A stretch of DNA of 64,000 bases. Source: Felis catus (Eukaryota). The DNA is taken from the NCBI RefSeq assembly GCF_018350175.1, contig NC_058368.1, positions 37,698,001 through 37,762,000 on the forward strand, given 5' to 3'. This document shows, piece after piece, positions 62,221 through 64,000 of this stretch. Under the pieces are notes generated by a model, which saw only the letters and a list, made by a program, of their open reading frames with translations, was not told where the DNA came from and did not search any database. The translations under genes and the position numbers were made by a program. Each line of letters opens with the position of its first letter. Position 1 is the first letter of the stretch.

Positions 62221-64000
62221 ATGACTCTAAACCCATATTTTTCTATAATAACACTGAATGTAAATGGACTAAATGTACCAACCAAAAGACATAAGGTATT
62301 AGAATGGATAAAAAAAAACAAGACCCATCTATTTGCTGTCTACAAGAGACTCATTTTAGACCTGAGGACACCTTCATTGAGAGTGAGGAGATGGAGAACT
62401 ATTTATCATGCCACTGGAAGTCAAGAAAGCTGGAGTAGCCATACTTATATCAGACAAACTAGACTTTAAATTAAAGGCTGTAACAAGAGATGAAGAAGGG
62501 CATTGTATAATAATCACAAGGTCTCTCCATCAGGAAGAGCTAATAATTATAAATGTCTATGTGCCGAATACAGGAGCCCCCAAATATATAATTTTTTTTT
62601 TCAACGTTTATTTATTTTTGGGACAGAGAGAGACAGAGCATGAACGGGGGAGGGGCAGAGAGAGAGGGAGACACAGAATCGGAAACAGGCTCCAGGCTCT
62701 GAGCCATCAGCCCAGAGCCTGACGCGGGGCTTGAACTCATGGACCGCGAGATTGTGACCTGGCTGAAGTCAGACGCCTAACCGACTGCGCCACCCAGGCG
62801 CCCCGTGGAGCCCCCAAATATATAAAACAATTACTCACAAACACAAGCAACCTTATTGATAAGAATGTGGTAATTGCAGGGGACTTTAACACTCCACTTG
62901 CAGAAATGGATAGATCATCTAGACACACAGTCAATAAAGAAACAAGGGCCTGGAATGATACATTGGATCAGATGGACTTGACAGATATATTTAGAACTCT
63001 GCATCCCAAAGCAGCAGAATATACTTTCTTCTCGAGTGCACATGGAACATTCTCCAAGATAGATCAGATACTGGGTCACAAAACAGCCCTTCATAAGTAT
63101 ACAAAATTGAAATCGTACCATGCATACTTCAGACCACAATGCTATGAAGCTTGAAGTCAACCACAGAAAAAGTCTGGAAAACCTCCAAAAGCATGCAGGT
63201 TAAAGAACACCCTACTAACGAATGAATGGGTCAACCAGGCAATTAGAGAAGAAATTAAAAAATATATGGAAACAAATGAAAATGAAAATACAACAATCCA
63301 AATGCTTTGGGATGCAGCGAAGGCAGTCCTGAGAGGAAAATACATTGCAATCCAGGCCTATCTCAAGAAACAAGAAAAATCTCAAATACAAAATCTAACA
63401 GCACACCTAAAGGAAATAGAAGCAGAACAGCAAAGACAGCCTAAACCTAGAAGAATAAGATAAATAGTAAAGATCAGAGCAGAAATAAACAATATAGAAT
63501 CTAAAAAAACTGTAGAGCAGATCAGCGAAACCGAGTTGGTTTTTTGAAAAAATAAACAAAATTGATAAACCTCTAGCCAGGCTTCTCAAAACGAAGAGGG
63601 AGATGACCCAAATAGATAAAATCATGAATGAAAATGGAATTGTTACAACCAATCCCTCAGAGATACAAGCAATTATCAGGGAATACTATGAAAAATTATA
63701 TGCCAACAAATTGGACAACCTGGAAGAAATGGACAAATTCCTAAACACCCACACGCTTCCAAAACTCAGTCAGGAGGAAACAGAAAGCTTGAACAGACCC
63801 ATAACCAGCGAGGAAATTGAATCAGTCATCAAAAATCTCCCAACAAATAAGAGTCCAGGACCAGATGGGTTCCCAGGGGAGTTCTACCAGACGTTTAAAG
63901 CAGAGATAATACCTATCCTTCTCAAGCTATTCCAAAAAAAATAGAAAGGGAAGGAAAACGTCCAGACTCATTCTATGAAGCCAGTATTACTTTGATTCCT
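62221..64000 (+). pseudogene. L1 ORF2 N-terminal part, disrupted
   Basis: [44 protein letters not shown] in separate frames; SINE inserted in the EN domain. Confidence 0.93.
62592..62804 (-). mobile_element. Young felid CanSINE inside L1 ORF2
   Basis: 19-bp TSD ggagcccccaaatatataa 62573-62591 / 62807-62825. Confidence 0.97.

Larger units (their letters stand above)
60362..64000 (+). mobile_element. Felid L1 (lineage B) with intact 5' end, continues beyond the window
   Basis: gggaagatggcggcgtaggaggatgctgggctc start, GC-rich 5'UTR, ORF1 and ORF2 remnants. Confidence 0.96.

Overview
Mammalian non-coding DNA, almost certainly from a felid: it carries 17 CanSINEs, including the young cat-type SINEC_Fc form, and cat-type LINE-1s. 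I found no intact protein-coding gene, RNA gene or recognisable exon. The long ORFs in the track are L1 remnants, SINE or microsatellite read-throughs, or out-of-frame pieces of a full-length, decayed RPSA processed pseudogene (32629-33639). Other content includes a full-length disrupted L1 (47540-55114) fused to the 5' end of a second L1 lineage, another L1 running off the right edge, older L1 fragments, an MLT2 LTR nested in an MLT1 LTR, a class III ERV pol relic, Charlie1 and MER58 DNA transposons, and MIR/L2 remnants. I see no new biological system. The notable signals are scars of unusual DNA transactions. (1) A TSD-bounded rearranged L1 (10385-14218) contains an inverted, circularly permuted copy of a neighbouring locus. 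(2) A ~90 bp copy of a unique LTR/LTR junction is pasted 6.2 kb away. (3) One SINE has a 71-bp target-site duplication. (4) A TSD-less two-lineage L1 chimera is present. (5) There are fold-back inverted repeats. Repeat subfamily names come from memory of consensus sequences and need RepeatMasker/Dfam confirmation; boundaries of old elements are approximate.
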